From contig NC_043025.1 in the NCBI RefSeq assembly GCF_006345805.1, forward strand, positions 1 to 64,000: a stretch of DNA of 64,000 nucleotides, read 5' to 3'. Shown piece by piece: positions 1 through 13,875 of this stretch; within the stretch, counting starts at the first letter, position 1, and the number at the start of each line of letters is the position of its first letter. The stretch comes from Octopus sinensis. Taxonomy: Eukaryota. A program made the position numbers and the translations under genes. Under the pieces are notes generated by a model that saw only the letters and a program-made list of their open reading frames with translations, made no database searches and had not been told where the DNA came from.

Positions 1-397
1 GTTGGTTAGCAAGCTACTTACACACAGCCACTCCTGCTTGAAAATGAATAGGAAAAATTTATCATGAATATGTTTCCAGACACCCAAACGCATACAATTT
101 CTTTTCTTTCATATAAATATGTGTGATTGTATGTACGTACACACATGTAGGTATGTATATGTGTATATATATAGCTATGTATATGAGTGTATATATATAT
201 ATATATAGGTATGTATGTATATATATGTGTATATATAGGTATGTATGTATATATGTGTGTATATATATATATAGGTATATATGTATATATTTGTGTATAT
301 ATAGGTATGTATATATATGTGTATATATAGGTATGTATATATGTATATATATATATATACCCTATAGGTAGGTAGTATGTATATGTGTATTGATAGT

Positions 398-434
<37 letters not shown>

Positions 435-453
435 AAATATACATTTATATACT

Positions 454-672
454 TTTACTCTTTTACTTGTTTCAGTCATTTGACTGCGGCCATACTGGAG
501 CACCGTTTTTAATCGAACAACTCGACCCTGGGACTTATTCTTTTGTAAGCCCAGTACTTTTTCTATCGGTCTCTTTTGCCGAACCGCTTTGTAACGGGGA
601 CACAACCACACCAGCATCGGTTCTGAAGCAATGCTAGTGGGACAAACACAGAACACAAACACACACACACGC

Positions 673-738
<66 letters not shown>

Positions 739-870
739 GACAGGCTCCTTTCAGTTTCCGTCTACCAAATCCACTCACAAGGCTTTGGTCGGCCCGAGGC
801 TATAGTAGAAGACACTTGCCCAAGTTTGCACGCAGTAGGCAGTAGGACTGAACCGAACCATGTGGCTGGT
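454..870 (-). mobile_element. tRNA-derived CORE-like SINE, family A (most abundant repeat in the window)
   Basis: A-box-like tggctgtgtgg, B-box-like ggttcagtccc, CORE-like caccttgggcaagtgtctt, internal (TA)/(TG) tract, (AAAGAGT)n tail. Possibly related to octopus OR2 (not verified). About 20 copies in the window. Confidence 0.8.
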
Positions 871-1325
871 GCCAGCCGCTTACAAACGGTGTTGGTGTGT
901 TTTCGTCCCCGTAGCCTGGCAGTTCAGCAAAAGAACCGACTGAGTATATGGCAAAATTTTAAAATAATAAAGTCTAGCATCGAAACCTTCAACTAAAACA
1001 TTCTTGAAGACAATGCCGTAGCATGCCGCAAAGTAGTAATGCTTGGTTATTTTTCAAGAGTATAGTGTGGGATTTCATGTATAATTGGCTACTATTTCTA
1101 GCATAAACATAACACTTGTGTGCTTTACGGTGTTACTTCTCTTTTGAAGTGTAATAGATGAAGATTACATCAAACTCGCCTGCTGCTGTATAAGTAAAAG
1201 TTAATGTTTCAAAGATGCTAGTCCAGTCTGTAGACAACTTTTTAGGATTACGTTACGTAACCTTTTGTATATAGGTTTACGTTACGTGATTTTTGTAAAT
1301 ACATGTAGAAGGTAGTTTTTAGTGT

Positions 1326-1622
1326 GGAGGCGCAATGGCTCAGTGGTTAGGGCAGCGGACTCACGGTCGTAGGATCGCGGTTTCGATTCCCAGACCGGGC
1401 GTTGTGTGTGTTTATTGAACGAAGACACCTAAGCTCCACGAGTCTCCGGCAGGGGGGTGCATCCCTGTTGTACTCTTTCGCCACAACTTTCTCTCACTCT
1501 TTCTTCTGTTGGCCTGCTCCTTTAGCCAGCGGGGTGGCGTCATTTGAAGGCTAAAACAATGCGAAGCGCATTGTGACCAGCGATGTGTAACAACATCTGA
1601 TGGCATGGCCGGTCACGGTGAT
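1326..1622 (+). mobile_element. tRNA-derived SINE family C
   Basis: A box tggctcagtgg, B box ggtttcgattcc; head shared with 37921. Confidence 0.72.
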
Positions 1623-2222
1623 CTATATATATATATTCTTTTTTACTATTGGTACAAGGCCTGTAATTTTGGGAAAGCGGGCCAGTCGTTTATTTAACAC
1701 GACTCCTGTAGGCAACTGGTACTTAATTTATCGACGCCCGAAAGGATGAAAGGCAAATTCCACCCCGGTGGAATTTGAACTCGGAACAACTAAGACAGAC
1801 GAAATATCCCAAGCATTTTCGCCCGTCGTGATAGCGATTCTGCCATCTCGCCACATTCACACACAAACACACACACACACACACACAATGCATATGTAGT
1901 ATGTATACATTATATATATTTATATAATACGTATATTTAAACATATATATTCCTAATCAACAATATTACTAAAGGTAATTTCAAAAGTTTCGGCAGTCTG
2001 ACGATAGTTTAGTCGCCGAAACTTAGCAGTCACTATCAACAATATGCTTTTATATGTATGTAATATAATTTTTCTGAATCTTCAAATTTTTATATCCTAG
2101 ACCACTCGTTTTAAATTGATATTAATGAAATTAATATTCAATTTTTTACACTTATTTTAAATATATATATATACATATATATACATACATATATATACAT
2201 ATATATACATACATATATATAT

Positions 2223-2553
2223 ATTGATCAAAATAATAACATGATGCCAAGGATTCAGCGGTACATATGTTTCGGGCCTTTATTAGACAGATTTATAACA
2301 ATGCATAATGTATGTCTGTGGCCTTCTTCAGCCGCGCACAACAGCTTCCACAAGTCCTTGTGATGTGTTACATCAAAAATTCTTGGTTGGGGATCCAAGA
2401 ATTTTTGATGTAACACATGTCCTTGTGGAAGTTGTTGTGCGCGGCTGAAGAAGGCCACAGACATACATTATGCATTGTTATAAATCTGTCTAATAAAGGC
2501 CCGAAACATATGTACCGCTGAATCCTTGGCATCATGTTTTTATTTTGATCAAT
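2223..2553. repeat. foldback palindrome with a hammerhead-like motif in each arm
   Basis: Arms 2223-2386 and 2395-2553, 8-nt loop. Motif gcgg-CTGAAGA...GAAACATATGTA-ccgc at 2441-2518 (+), mirrored on -. Confidence 0.85.
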
Positions 2554-2636
2554 TTACTCCACCACCTACACCACCAAACGGTATACACAGGTGCTTATAA
2601 TTATCAGGTACTCACCCCGAATTTCTGTACTCAACT

Positions 2637-2673
<37 letters not shown>

Positions 2674-2967
2674 GATGAACATAAAATGCATATTCTGCAT
2701 TAAATGCGAAATCACACGTGATATGTAACTGAATTATTTTTTAAAATGATGTGTTTTGAAGTTTTGCATTCGGTAAAATTTTGTTTATTTTTAGTAGTTT
2801 TGACCGCATTGGTCCCTCTTAGCGTGTTGGTATCTACGAATAATAGTACCCTCAATATAATATAAATGAATATTATCAAAGAGGAAGAATTTACGGATTT
2901 TTTCTCTACGAGGTTTTTCACGCTGACTACTGATAATTTCTTTTAAAAATTTTATCCTCAATTGTTA

Positions 2968-3020
<53 letters not shown>

Positions 3021-3049
3021 TATATATATAATATATAATATATATTATG

Positions 3050-4010
3050 CGTCTGTGTTTGTTGTTCTGCTACCGTCACTTGACAACCGATGTTGGTGTG
3101 TTCACGTTTCCGTAGTCTAGCGGTTCGGCAATAGGAACCGATATAATAAGTACTAGGCTTACAAAGGATAAGTCCTCCGGTCGATTTGTTCGACTAAAGG
3201 CGGTGCTCCAGCATGACCGAGGTTAAATGACTGAAACAAGTAAAAGAATAACAGCAATAAAAGAATATATATATTTATTGTATTCAATATTGCATATATT
3301 ATCTTTATTATATATAATACAATTATTAAATTATATTACATATATATGCAAGTGTGTGTGCTATATATAATGTATTTATATTATATTCATATTTTATATA
3401 TATATATACGTGATACAGGTATATATACGATAAATATATATACTGGCACAGGAGTGGCTGTGTGGTAAGTAGCTAGCTTACCAACCACATGGTTCCGGGT
3501 TCAGTCCCACTGCATGGCACCTTGGGCAAGTGTCTTCTACTATAGCCTCGGGCCGACCGAAGCATTGTGAGTGGATTTGGTAGACGGAAACTGAAAGAAG
3601 CATGTCGTATATATGTATATGTATATAGGCGCAGGAGTGGCTGTGGTAAGTAGCTAGCTTACCAACCACATGGTTCCGGGTTCAGTCCCACTGCATGTCA
3701 CCTTGGGCAAGTGTCTTCTACTATAGCCTCGGGCCGACCGAAGCATTGTGAGTGGATTTGGTAGACGGAAACTGAAAGAAGCCTGTCGTATATATGTATA
3801 TGTATATAGGCGCAGGAGTGGCTGTGGTAAGTAGCTAGCTTACCAACCACATGGTTCCGGGTTCAGTCCCACTGCATTGCACCTTGGGCTAGTGTTTCTA
3901 CTATAGCCTCGGGCCGACCGAAGCATTGTGAGTGGATTTGGTAGACGGAAACTGAAAGAAGCCTGTCGTATATATGTACATATATATAAGTGTGTGTGTG
4001 TATGTTTGTG
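3050..4010 (+). mobile_element. SINE family A: tail fragment plus three tandem head copies
   Basis: Heads at ~3445, 3629 and 3808. Confidence 0.8.
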
Positions 4011-4287
4011 TGGCCTCTCCCCCTTAAATCCTAAAATTCTCTGCTTTCTTGTTTTCGAAATTTTTAATGGTATAGTTTTAAAATACGGACGGTCCGAATC
4101 TGCAATTTATTTCTGTTCACAATTTCAAATTAATTTTCTGACGTAAAGGTGATTTAAGGAAGATTTACCTGTTATTCCTAACACATCTCACGACCACCTG
4201 GTACCTTCCTCCTTTATTTGTCACTCCGACATTGATGTTTTTTCTAAGCACAGTTTATGGAACGATGATGCTGTGTTCCAGTTCAAC

Positions 4288-4351
<64 letters not shown>

Positions 4352-4574
4352 CTCTTTTACTCTTTACTCTTACTCTTTTACTGGTTTCAGTCATTTGACT
4401 GTGGCCATGCTGGAGCACCGCCTTTAGTCGAGCGAATCGCCCCTAGGACTTATTCTTTGTAAGCCTAGTACTTATTCTATCAGTCTCACTTGCTGAACCG
4501 CTAAGTGACTGTTGTCAAGCGATGTTGGGAGGGACAAACACAGATATACAAACATATTCATACACACACACACA

Positions 4575-4616
<42 letters not shown>

Positions 4617-4935
4617 ATATATATATATATATACAAGTCGGACTTCTTTCAGTTTCCGTCTACCAAATCCACTCACAAGGCTTTGGTCGGCCCGAGGCTA
4701 TAGTAGAAATCACTTGCCCAAGGTGCCACGCAGTGGGACTGAACCCGGAACCTTGTGGTTGGTAAACAAGCTACTTACCACACAGCCACTCCTGCGCCTA
4801 TATATATATACGACGGGCATCTTTCAGTTTCCGTCCACCAAATCCACTCACAAGGCTTTGGTCAGCCCGTGGCTATAGTAGACGACACTTGTCTAAGGTG
4901 CCACGCAGTGGGACTGAACCCGGAACCTTGTGGTT
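4352..4935 (-). mobile_element. SINE family A with duplicated head
   Basis: Same diagnostic sequence. Confidence 0.8.
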
Positions 4936-5378
4936 GGTAATTACTAGGGCAAAAAACCCCACGCTTTGGCAAGTGTTTGTCGTTTCTCTCTTTCTCTTAT
5001 CTGTCTTGTCTTCATCCGTCTCTCTCTCTTTCTTCCCTTCCCTTCAAATTCTATCTATATCGACGTTTGAAGCTTCCACAATTTTTCCCCCGCCGCCTTC
5101 GCCAGCGCTTCCGACCACATCCCTCCCCTTCTCTCTCTCTCTCTCTCTGTACGTCTGTCTGCGTTTCTCTCTATAACGACGTTTGACAGCTTCACCGTCT
5201 CTCTGTCACTTTTTCTTCCACTACTTTCTCACTGTACTTCTGCCTCTATCTATAGAGAGAATGTATGACAATAGCAACAGTTTAAATATTCCCGTCTTTT
5301 AGAACGGTGACATATTATCTCCCACCACCATCGCACTATCATAACAGATATTATTAATCAGATATATTGTGTTAATTT

Positions 5379-5653
5379 ATATATATATATGTGTGTGTAT
5401 ATAAATATATATATAATGTGTATACACACACACATATATATATATATATATGTGTGTGTATGTATATATATATGTGTGTGTGTGTATGTATATATATATA
5501 TATGTGTGTGTGTGTGTATGTATATATATGTGTGTGTGTGTATGTATATATATATATGTGTGTGTGTGTATGTATGTATATATTTATGTGTGTGTGTATG
5601 TATATATATATATATGTGTGTGTGTATGTATATATATATACATGTGTGTGTGT

Positions 5654-5697
<44 letters not shown>

Positions 5698-5700
5698 ATG

Positions 5701-5735
<35 letters not shown>

Positions 5736-5777
5736 ATGTATATATATATATATAATGTGTGTGTGTGTGTGTGTATG

Positions 5778-5810
<33 letters not shown>

Positions 5811-5813
5811 ATG

Positions 5814-5846
<33 letters not shown>

Positions 5847-5849
5847 ACG

Positions 5850-5888
<39 letters not shown>

Positions 5889-6160
5889 ATGTAATATATA
5901 TATGTGTGTGTGTGTATGTATATATATATGTGTGTGTGTGTATGTATATATATATATGTGTGTGTGTATGTATATATATATATATATGTGTGTGTGTGTA
6001 TGTATATATATATATATGTGTGTGTGTATGTATATATATATATATATGTGTGTGTGTGTATGTATATATATATGGTGTGTGTGTGTGTATGTATATACAA
6101 TGCGTATATATATATACATATTTAATACGTATGTATATATTATATATATATATATATATA
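5379..6160. repeat. compound (TA)n/(TG)n microsatellite
   Basis: Directly visible; source of many spurious YI/HT/CV ORFs. Confidence 0.95.
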
Positions 6161-9100
6161 TGTAATGTGTGCATATGTGATCGGCTTCAACTGAAAATAT
6201 GCACACCTCTGTTAAAAGTGCTAGCGAGTTTGCATGGCAACATTGAGTTTGCTCAATTGAAAGGCATCGCATCTAGGGCAAAATTCCTTATCTTTTAAAA
6301 TGTGTCACGCGTACACCCGAATGAAGTCGGGTTATAATGCCGAAACAAGTAAAATGATAATAATCTATTTTAATCCCTATCAAGGCCCAGTATATCTGTC
6401 TAATACATAAAATGAAGAAGGCGAACATTGATACAAGTTGGTTTTTTATGTAAGAAGGGGTTTAAATTGGGCTGGAAAGAGATTAAAAGTTACTGGAGGG
6501 GGTAACTTGAGGTGGGAAATTGATTGCAAGACGTTTTGGGGCGCTACAGTGGTGGCTTTGGTGGGAAAACTGCGATTTTATTGATTTTGGGGACACTTGG
6601 AGATCTAGATTGGACACCTTTTTGCCCGATTTCAACATGGTAAAGTGGAAGTGGATTTGTAACTTAAGCGTGGAAAATGGGTTCGAAATTTTCAAAATTA
6701 AGGCAAGATTTTTGAAGTTGAATAAAATTTCTCATTTTTACGTATTTTTGCCTTTTATTACTCTTTTACACTTATACTCTTTTACTTGTTTCAGTCATTT
6801 GACTGCGGCCATGCTGGAGCACCGCCTTTAGTCGAGCAAATCGACCCCGGGACTTATTCTTTGTAAGCCCAGTACTTATTCTATCGGTCTCTTTTGCCGA
6901 ACCGCTAAGTGACATGGACATAAACACACCAGCATCGACCCTGGGACTTATTCTTTGTAAGCCCAGTACTTATTCTATCGGTCACTTTTGCCGAACCGTT
7001 AAGTAACGGGGACGTAAACACACCAGCATCGGTTGTCAAGCATTGCTGGGGGGGGGACAAACACAGACACACAAACACACACACACATACATTTATATAT
7101 ATATATATATATATATACATATATACGACAGGCTTCTTTCAGTTTTCGTCTACGAATTCCACTCACAAGGCATTGGTCGGCCCGAGGCTATAGCAGAAGA
7201 CACTTGCTCATGATGCCACGCAGTGGGACTGAACCCGGAACCATGTGGTTAGTGAGCAAGCTACTTACCACACAGCCACTCCTGCGCCTCCAAATTTACA
7301 GTTTTCATTTTTTCCGAAAGAAATTTACAGCTGCATGTATCCCGTGTTTAGAGCTTCCATTTGCATGGTCAATCGTGGAAAAAATCTCCAAATAAGTATT
7401 AAATATAACAAAGAAATCCTATTTTTTCTTTTTCCTAATTTTTAATCGCTCAAATAGTGGCTCGTACAAAAGGCAGGTGTGCTTTGCGTTGTCACTGCCT
7501 GATATTTATACTCTCTTTTACTTGTTTCAGTCATTTGACAGCGGCCATGCTGGAGCACCGCCTTTAATCGAGCAACTCGACCCCGGGACTTGTTCTTTTG
7601 TAAGCCCAGTACTTATTCTATCGGTCTCCTTTGCCGAACCGCTATGTTACGGGGACATAAACACACCAGCATCGGTTGTCATGCAATGCTAAGGGGACAA
7701 ACACAGACACACAAACATACACATATATACGACGGGCTTCTTTCAGTTTCCGTCTACCAAATCCACTCACAAGGCATTGGTTGGCCCGGGGCTATAGCAG
7801 AAGACACGTGCCCAAGATGCCACGCAGTGGGACTGAACCCGGAACCATGTGGTTGGTAAGCGAAGCCACTCCTGCGCCTATATATATATATATATATATA
7901 TATATGTAATGTGTGCATATGTGATCGGCTTCAACTGAAAATATGCACACCTCTGTTAAAAGTGCTAGCGAGTTTGCATGGCAACATTGAGTTTGCTCAA
8001 TTGAAAGGCATCGCCTCTAGGGCAAAATTCCTCATCTTTTAAAATGTGTCCCGCGTACACCCGAATGAAATCGGGTTATAATGCCGAAACAAGTAAAATG
8101 ATAATAAACTATTTTAATCCCTATCAAGGCCCAGTATATCTGTCTAATACATAAAATGAAGAAGGCGAACATTGATACAAGTTGGTTTTTTATATAAAAA
8201 GGGGTTTAAATTGGGCTGGAAAGAGATTAAAAGTTACTGGAGGGGGTAACTTGAGGTGGGAAATTGATTGCAAGACGTTTTGGGGCGCTACAGTGGTGGC
8301 TTTGGTGGGAAAACTGGGATTTTATTGATTTTGGGGACACTTGGAGATCTAGATTGGACACCTTTTTGCCCGATTTCAATTAAATTTTCAACATGGTAAA
8401 GTGGAAGTGGATTTGTAACTTAAGCGTGGAAAATGGGTTCGAAATTTTCAAAATTAAGGCAAGATTTTTGAAGTTGAATAAAATTTCTCATTTTTACGTA
8501 TTTTTGCCTTTTATTACTCTTTTACACTTATACTCTTTTACTTGTTTCAGTCATTTGACTGCGGCCATGCTGGAGCACCGCCTTTAGTCGAGCAAATCGA
8601 CCCCGGGACTTATTCTTTGTAAGCCCAGTACTTATTCTATCGGTCTCTTTTGCCGAACCGCTAAGTGACATGGACATAAACACACCAGCATGGACCCTGG
8701 GACTTATTCTTTGTAAGCCCAGTACTTATTCTATCGGTCTCTTTTGCCGAACCGTTAAGTAACGGGGACGTAAACACACCAGCATCGGTTGTCAAGCATT
8801 GCTGGTGGGGGGGACAAACACAGACACACAAACACACACACACATACATTTATATATATATATACATATATACGACAGGCTTCTTTCAGTTTTCGTCTAC
8901 GAATTCCACTCACAAGGCATTGGTCGGCCCGAGGCTATAGCAGAAGACACTTGCTCATGATGCCACGCAGTGGGACTGAACCCGGAACCATGTGGTTAGT
9001 TAGCAAGCTACTTACCACACAGCCACTCCTGCGCCTCCAAATTTACAGTTTTCATTTTTTCCGAAAGAAATTTACAGCTGCATGTATCCCGTGTTTAGAG

Positions 9101-9622
9101 CTTCCATTTGCATGGTCAATCGTGGAAAAAATCTCCAAATAAGTATTAAATATAACAAAGAAATCCTATTTTTTCTTTTTCCTAATTTTTAATCGCTCAA
9201 ATAGTGGCTCGTACAAAAGGCAGGTGTGCTTTGCGTTGTCACTGCCTGATATTTATACTCTCTTTTACTTGTTTCAGTCATTTGACTGCGGCCATGCTGG
9301 AGCACCGCCTTTAATCGAGCAACTCGACCCCGGGACTTGTTCTTTTGTAAGCCCAGTACTTATTCTCTCGGTCTCCTTTGCCGAACCGCTAAGTTACGGG
9401 GACATAAACACACCAGCATCGGTTGTCATGCAATGCTAAGGGGACAAACACAGACACACAAACATACACATATACGACGGGCTTCTTTCAGTTTCCGTCT
9501 ACCAAATCCACTCACAAGGCATTGGTTGGCCCGGGGCTATAGCAGAAGACACGTGCCCAAGATGCCACGCAGTGGGACTGAACCCGGAACCATGTGGTTG
9601 GTAAGCGAAGCCACTCCTGCGC

Positions 9623-9625
<3 letters not shown>
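6161..9625. repeat. ~1745-bp direct tandem duplication (6161-7904 / 7905-9625)
   Basis: Near-identical copies including SINE content, with few substitutions and indels. Confidence 0.92.
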
Positions 9626-9661
<36 letters not shown>

Positions 9662-9825
9662 GACTGGCTTCTTTCAGTTTCCATCTACCAATTCCACTCA
9701 CAAGGCATTGGTTGGCCCGGGGCTATAGCAGAAGATACTTGCCCAAGATGCCACGCAGTGGGGCTGAACCCGGGACCATATGGTTGGTTAGCAAGCTACT
9801 TACCACACGGCCACTCCGGCGCCTG
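6770..9825 (-). mobile_element. cluster of SINE family A copies (~6770-7288, 7510-7880, 8525-9035, 9255-9825)
   Basis: Same diagnostic sequence, inside the 1.74-kb tandem duplication. Confidence 0.8.
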
Positions 9826-10059
9826 ATTGATTTTTCAAAATATTTTCTTTCTGAACTTACTCAAGAACTTTTGTTTTTATAAATGGGAGAGAGATAGATG
9901 GAGAAAGATAGAGAGTAAGAGAAAGCGAGAAAGGAAGAGCAAGAGAGTGGGAAAGTGAGAGAGAAAGGAGAGAGCGGGTCAGCATAAACTAGTATATATA
10001 GAATATGTTTTATATATATGCATATTATTATATATTATATATAATGTGTGTGTGTATAT

Positions 10060-10395
10060 ATTATATATAAATATATATATATATATACATGTATATTTTA
10101 TATATGTAGGTATATATATATATATATGTATATATACATGTATATTTTATATATGTAGGTATATATATATATATATATATACATGTATATTTTATATATG
10201 TAGGATATATATATAATAACATGTATATTTTATATATGTAGGTTATATATATATATACATGTATATTTTATATATGTATGTATATTATATACATGTATAT
10301 TTTATATATGTAGGTATATATATATATATATATGTTTTATATATACATGTATATTTTATATATGTAGGTATATATTATATATATATATATATATC
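10060..10395. repeat. (TA)n-based minisatellite (acatgtatattttatatatgtagg units)
   Basis: Unit repeated ~8 times. Confidence 0.85.
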
Positions 10396-10399
10396 TATA

Positions 10400-13300
10400 C
10401 AATATGTTACATTACTCGGTAGTCAAGATAAAACTCTGAGTTTCAGATGCCGATGTGGAAATCCACAACACCATCTCTTCGGTTATCTGGCTATTTGAAA
10501 ACGTTATGAAAAAATACCGTTAAAAATGAAGGGAAATTACTCTGTTATAACTCTGCTTTGCCTGCGTACTTATACATCGCTCGCATTTTTCGTCATAAAA
10601 ATTATATAAAAATACATAAAATATATATAAATATATAAAAATATAAATCTTCTTGGGACATTACACAGAAAGCATGTTCTATCCGTTTTCTTTAGGGGAC
10701 CAAAACGTAACAGAATTTAGTCACTGTGGGCATGATCCGAAAAGCTCTGTCCTTGTATTTAGACATGTGGTAGGGTCTAAGCTGCTTTTCCAGATAAGCC
10801 ATCTTTCCATGTCGCATAAACCGCACCTTCCGCTGCCGTTGGTATAGGGCTTACATCTGGCCAAAATATTCCATTGTATGTTATAATCGACACCTTTATC
10901 TCTTAAAGACCAAATATGATTGGATAATTGTGTCGCTTTTCTTTTGTTCCAGTGCCTAAAGCAAAGTGTGGTTATTTAACCTGGCCTTGAAATTACCCTC
11001 TGTCAGGCCCACGTATTTCTTCGTCGAAACGGTGTCTTTAGTGGTTATAGAGTTTACGGTAGCTTCATATATGATGGTCTTGGACATGCAAGCTCCATTT
11101 AGCGGGCACAATTCTTTATTCCTGCATGAACAGCTGTTTTCTTCTTGTGTTTTTTGTATGTTATGATTGATTATGTTTTTAAAATTGGTAGTTGAACTAA
11201 AACTAATTTTTAAATTGTGTCTATTGAAGAGTTTCCTCGGTTGAGGACTCTCACAAACAAAAGAATCTAATATGGACGCATATCACATAGATTATTCTAT
11301 GAAAAATATACCGATCCCATCAAAGGATTTTTACTCTAAGAAACTTCTGCAAAAAATTACTGATGTAATTAAGCGTATGAGATGGAAGGCTTTCTTTTTT
11401 GACACAGAAGTGAACACCAAGGAAAACATTTGCTATCGGATAAAATCCAAAAAATTGCCTCCTAGGATTAAAGGCTTGGAAGATTTCGAAGCGGACCTGC
11501 TAAAGATCATGAGCAAAATAAAGTTTCGTAAGTCTTTTTAAACAATTTCCAACATAAATTGAAAAAAGATATTGATCATATAAAAGCTCCAAGAAAAAAG
11601 CACTTTTTTCGGATAAAACCAAGAACTTATACCTGGTAGATAACAGCAAATACACACAACTCTTACACACACAGCATCATTAATAATTATACTAAGGCTA
11701 GGGCACAGACATATAACGAAATTAATAAAGAAGCTAGCGTCATCGCCGCTAAACTTAAATTAGATAAAAAAATAGAAACCCTCCCCCAAAAAGAGGCCTT
11801 TATTACTATTAAAGACCAACAAAGAAAACTTCCTTTCCAACCCTAAATGTAGGCTTATCAACCCAGCCAAGTCAGAACTAGGGATTATTAGCAAAGAAAT
11901 TTTAGATAAAATAAATACGAAAATTAAGACCGATACTAGGCTAGTGCAATGGTCCAATAGTATAGAAGTCGTAGACTGGTTTAAAGCTATTAAGAATAAG
12001 AAAAAAGTGAGTTTACACAATTCGATATTGTTGATTTTTATGCCTCTATCTCTAAAGAACTGCTAGATAAAGCCCTAATCTTCGCTAGTGACTTCATAGA
12101 AATTAGTACCAATGATAAGGATATAATCTTCCATGCTAGAAAGACATTACTTTTCAGTGAGAATGCAAAGTGGGTAAAAAACACCGACACGGAGGGCGCT
12201 TTCGATGTGAGCATGGGTTCATATGATGGGGCAGGCATCTGTGATCTAATTGGACTCTTTCTCCTAGATACCTTCGGTAAGACATTCCCTAACGTACATT
12301 TCGCCATCTACAAAGATGATGCCCTCGCCTTAACAGCTAATACAAATGGACCAGCACAAGATCGTTTTAGGAAGGATATTATCCAGTTAATGAAACACTT
12401 CGGACTTAATATAACTATAGACACTACCTGACGGTTGTCAATTTCTTAGACGTTTCCTTAGATTTTAATAATAATATTTATAATAATAATATTTATAAGC
12501 CTTATAGGAAGCCCAATGATAGACTAAGTTATATTAATGTAGGTTCATGCCATCCCCCTATAGTATTCAAAAATTTAGTTAAAAATATTAGTAAGAGGAT
12601 TTCTAGCCTCTCATCTAATGAGGACATCTTCAATAGCGTTGCCCCAGTTTATAATAAAGCTTAAAGATAGTGGTTTTAGCGAAAAATAAAATATACACCT
12701 ATCACCAGCCCAACAATAAGGAAAGGAAAATAGAAATAGGAAGGTCATCTGGTTTACGCCCCCTTACTCACACCGAGGTGGCCTTCAATATAGGTAAATA
12801 TTTCCTAGCACTGATAGATTAGACATTTTCCAGTTAACCATGCTTATAGGAAACTCTTCAATAGACACAATTTAAAAATTAGTTTTAGTTCAACTACCAA
12901 TTTTAAAAACATAATCAATCATAACATACAAAAAACACAAGAAGAAAACAGCTGTTCATGCAGGAATAAAGAATTGTGCCCGCTAATGGAGCTTGCATGT
13001 CCAAGACCATCATATATGAAGCTACCGTAAACTCTATAACCACTAAAGACACCGTTTCGACGAAAAAATACGTGGGCCTGACAGAGGGTAATTTCAGGCC
13101 AGGTTCAATAACCACACTTTGAGCTTTAGGCACTGGAACAAAAGAAAAGCGACACAATTATCCAATCATATTTGGTCTTTAAGAGATAAAGTGTCGATTA
13201 TAACATACAATGGAAGATTTTGGCCAGATGTAAGCCCTATACCAACGGCAACGGAAGGTGCGGTTTATGCGACATGGAGAGATGGCTTATCTGGAAAAGC

Positions 13301-13660
13301 AGCTTAGACCCTACCACAGTGTCTAAATACAAGGACAGAGCTTTTCGGATCATGCCCACATGTGACTAAATTTCTGTTACGTTTTTGGTCCCCTAAAGAA
13401 AACGGATAGAACATGCTTTCTGTGTAATGTCCCAAGAATTTTATATATTTTTATATTTTTATGTATTTTTTTATAATTTTTATGACGAAAAATGCGAGCG
13501 ATGTATAAGTACACAGGCAAAGCAGAGTTATAACAGAGTAATTTCCCTTCATTTTTAACGGATTTTTTTCATAACGTTTTCAAATAGCCAGATAACCGAA
13601 GAGATGGTGTTGTGGATTTCCACTTCGGCATCTGAAACTCAAAGTTTTAAATTTCCTCTA
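10400..13660 (+). mobile_element. Penelope-like retroelement (RT + GIY-YIG) with inverted 5' copy of its 3' end; ORF frameshifted
   Basis: ORF starts at ATG 11272 (YSMKNIPIP..KRMRWKAFFF). RT motifs include KCRLINPAKSELG, FDIVDFYASI, MGSYDGAGICD, YKDDAL and NFLDV. The GIY-YIG region includes IIYEATV..KYVGLT, LSNHIWSL and CGLC..E. Bases ~10430-11237 are the reverse complement of ~12849-13650. Confidence 0.93.
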
Positions 13661-13713
13661 TTTACATAATATTGAGGTCTCTTTCTTTCTTTTGTTATCT
13701 TACCGTTTTATCA

Positions 13714-13776
<63 letters not shown>

Positions 13777-13844
13777 GTTTTATATACGTATGTATATGTT
13801 TTATATATATGTATGTAATATATATATATATATATGTATATATG

Positions 13845-13875
<31 letters not shown>

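Noticed and set aside
1326-1400. Possible tRNA gene (also 37921-37995)
   Set aside because: A and B boxes are present, but there is no complete cloverleaf or acceptor stem and the sequence continues into a SINE body.
18-6298. Long ORFs of 170-304 aa rich in YI/HT/CV (also near 13.7, 30.6, 39.4, 57.9 and 63.5 kb)
   Set aside because: They are translations of (TA)n, (CA)n, (ATT)n and minisatellite tracts.
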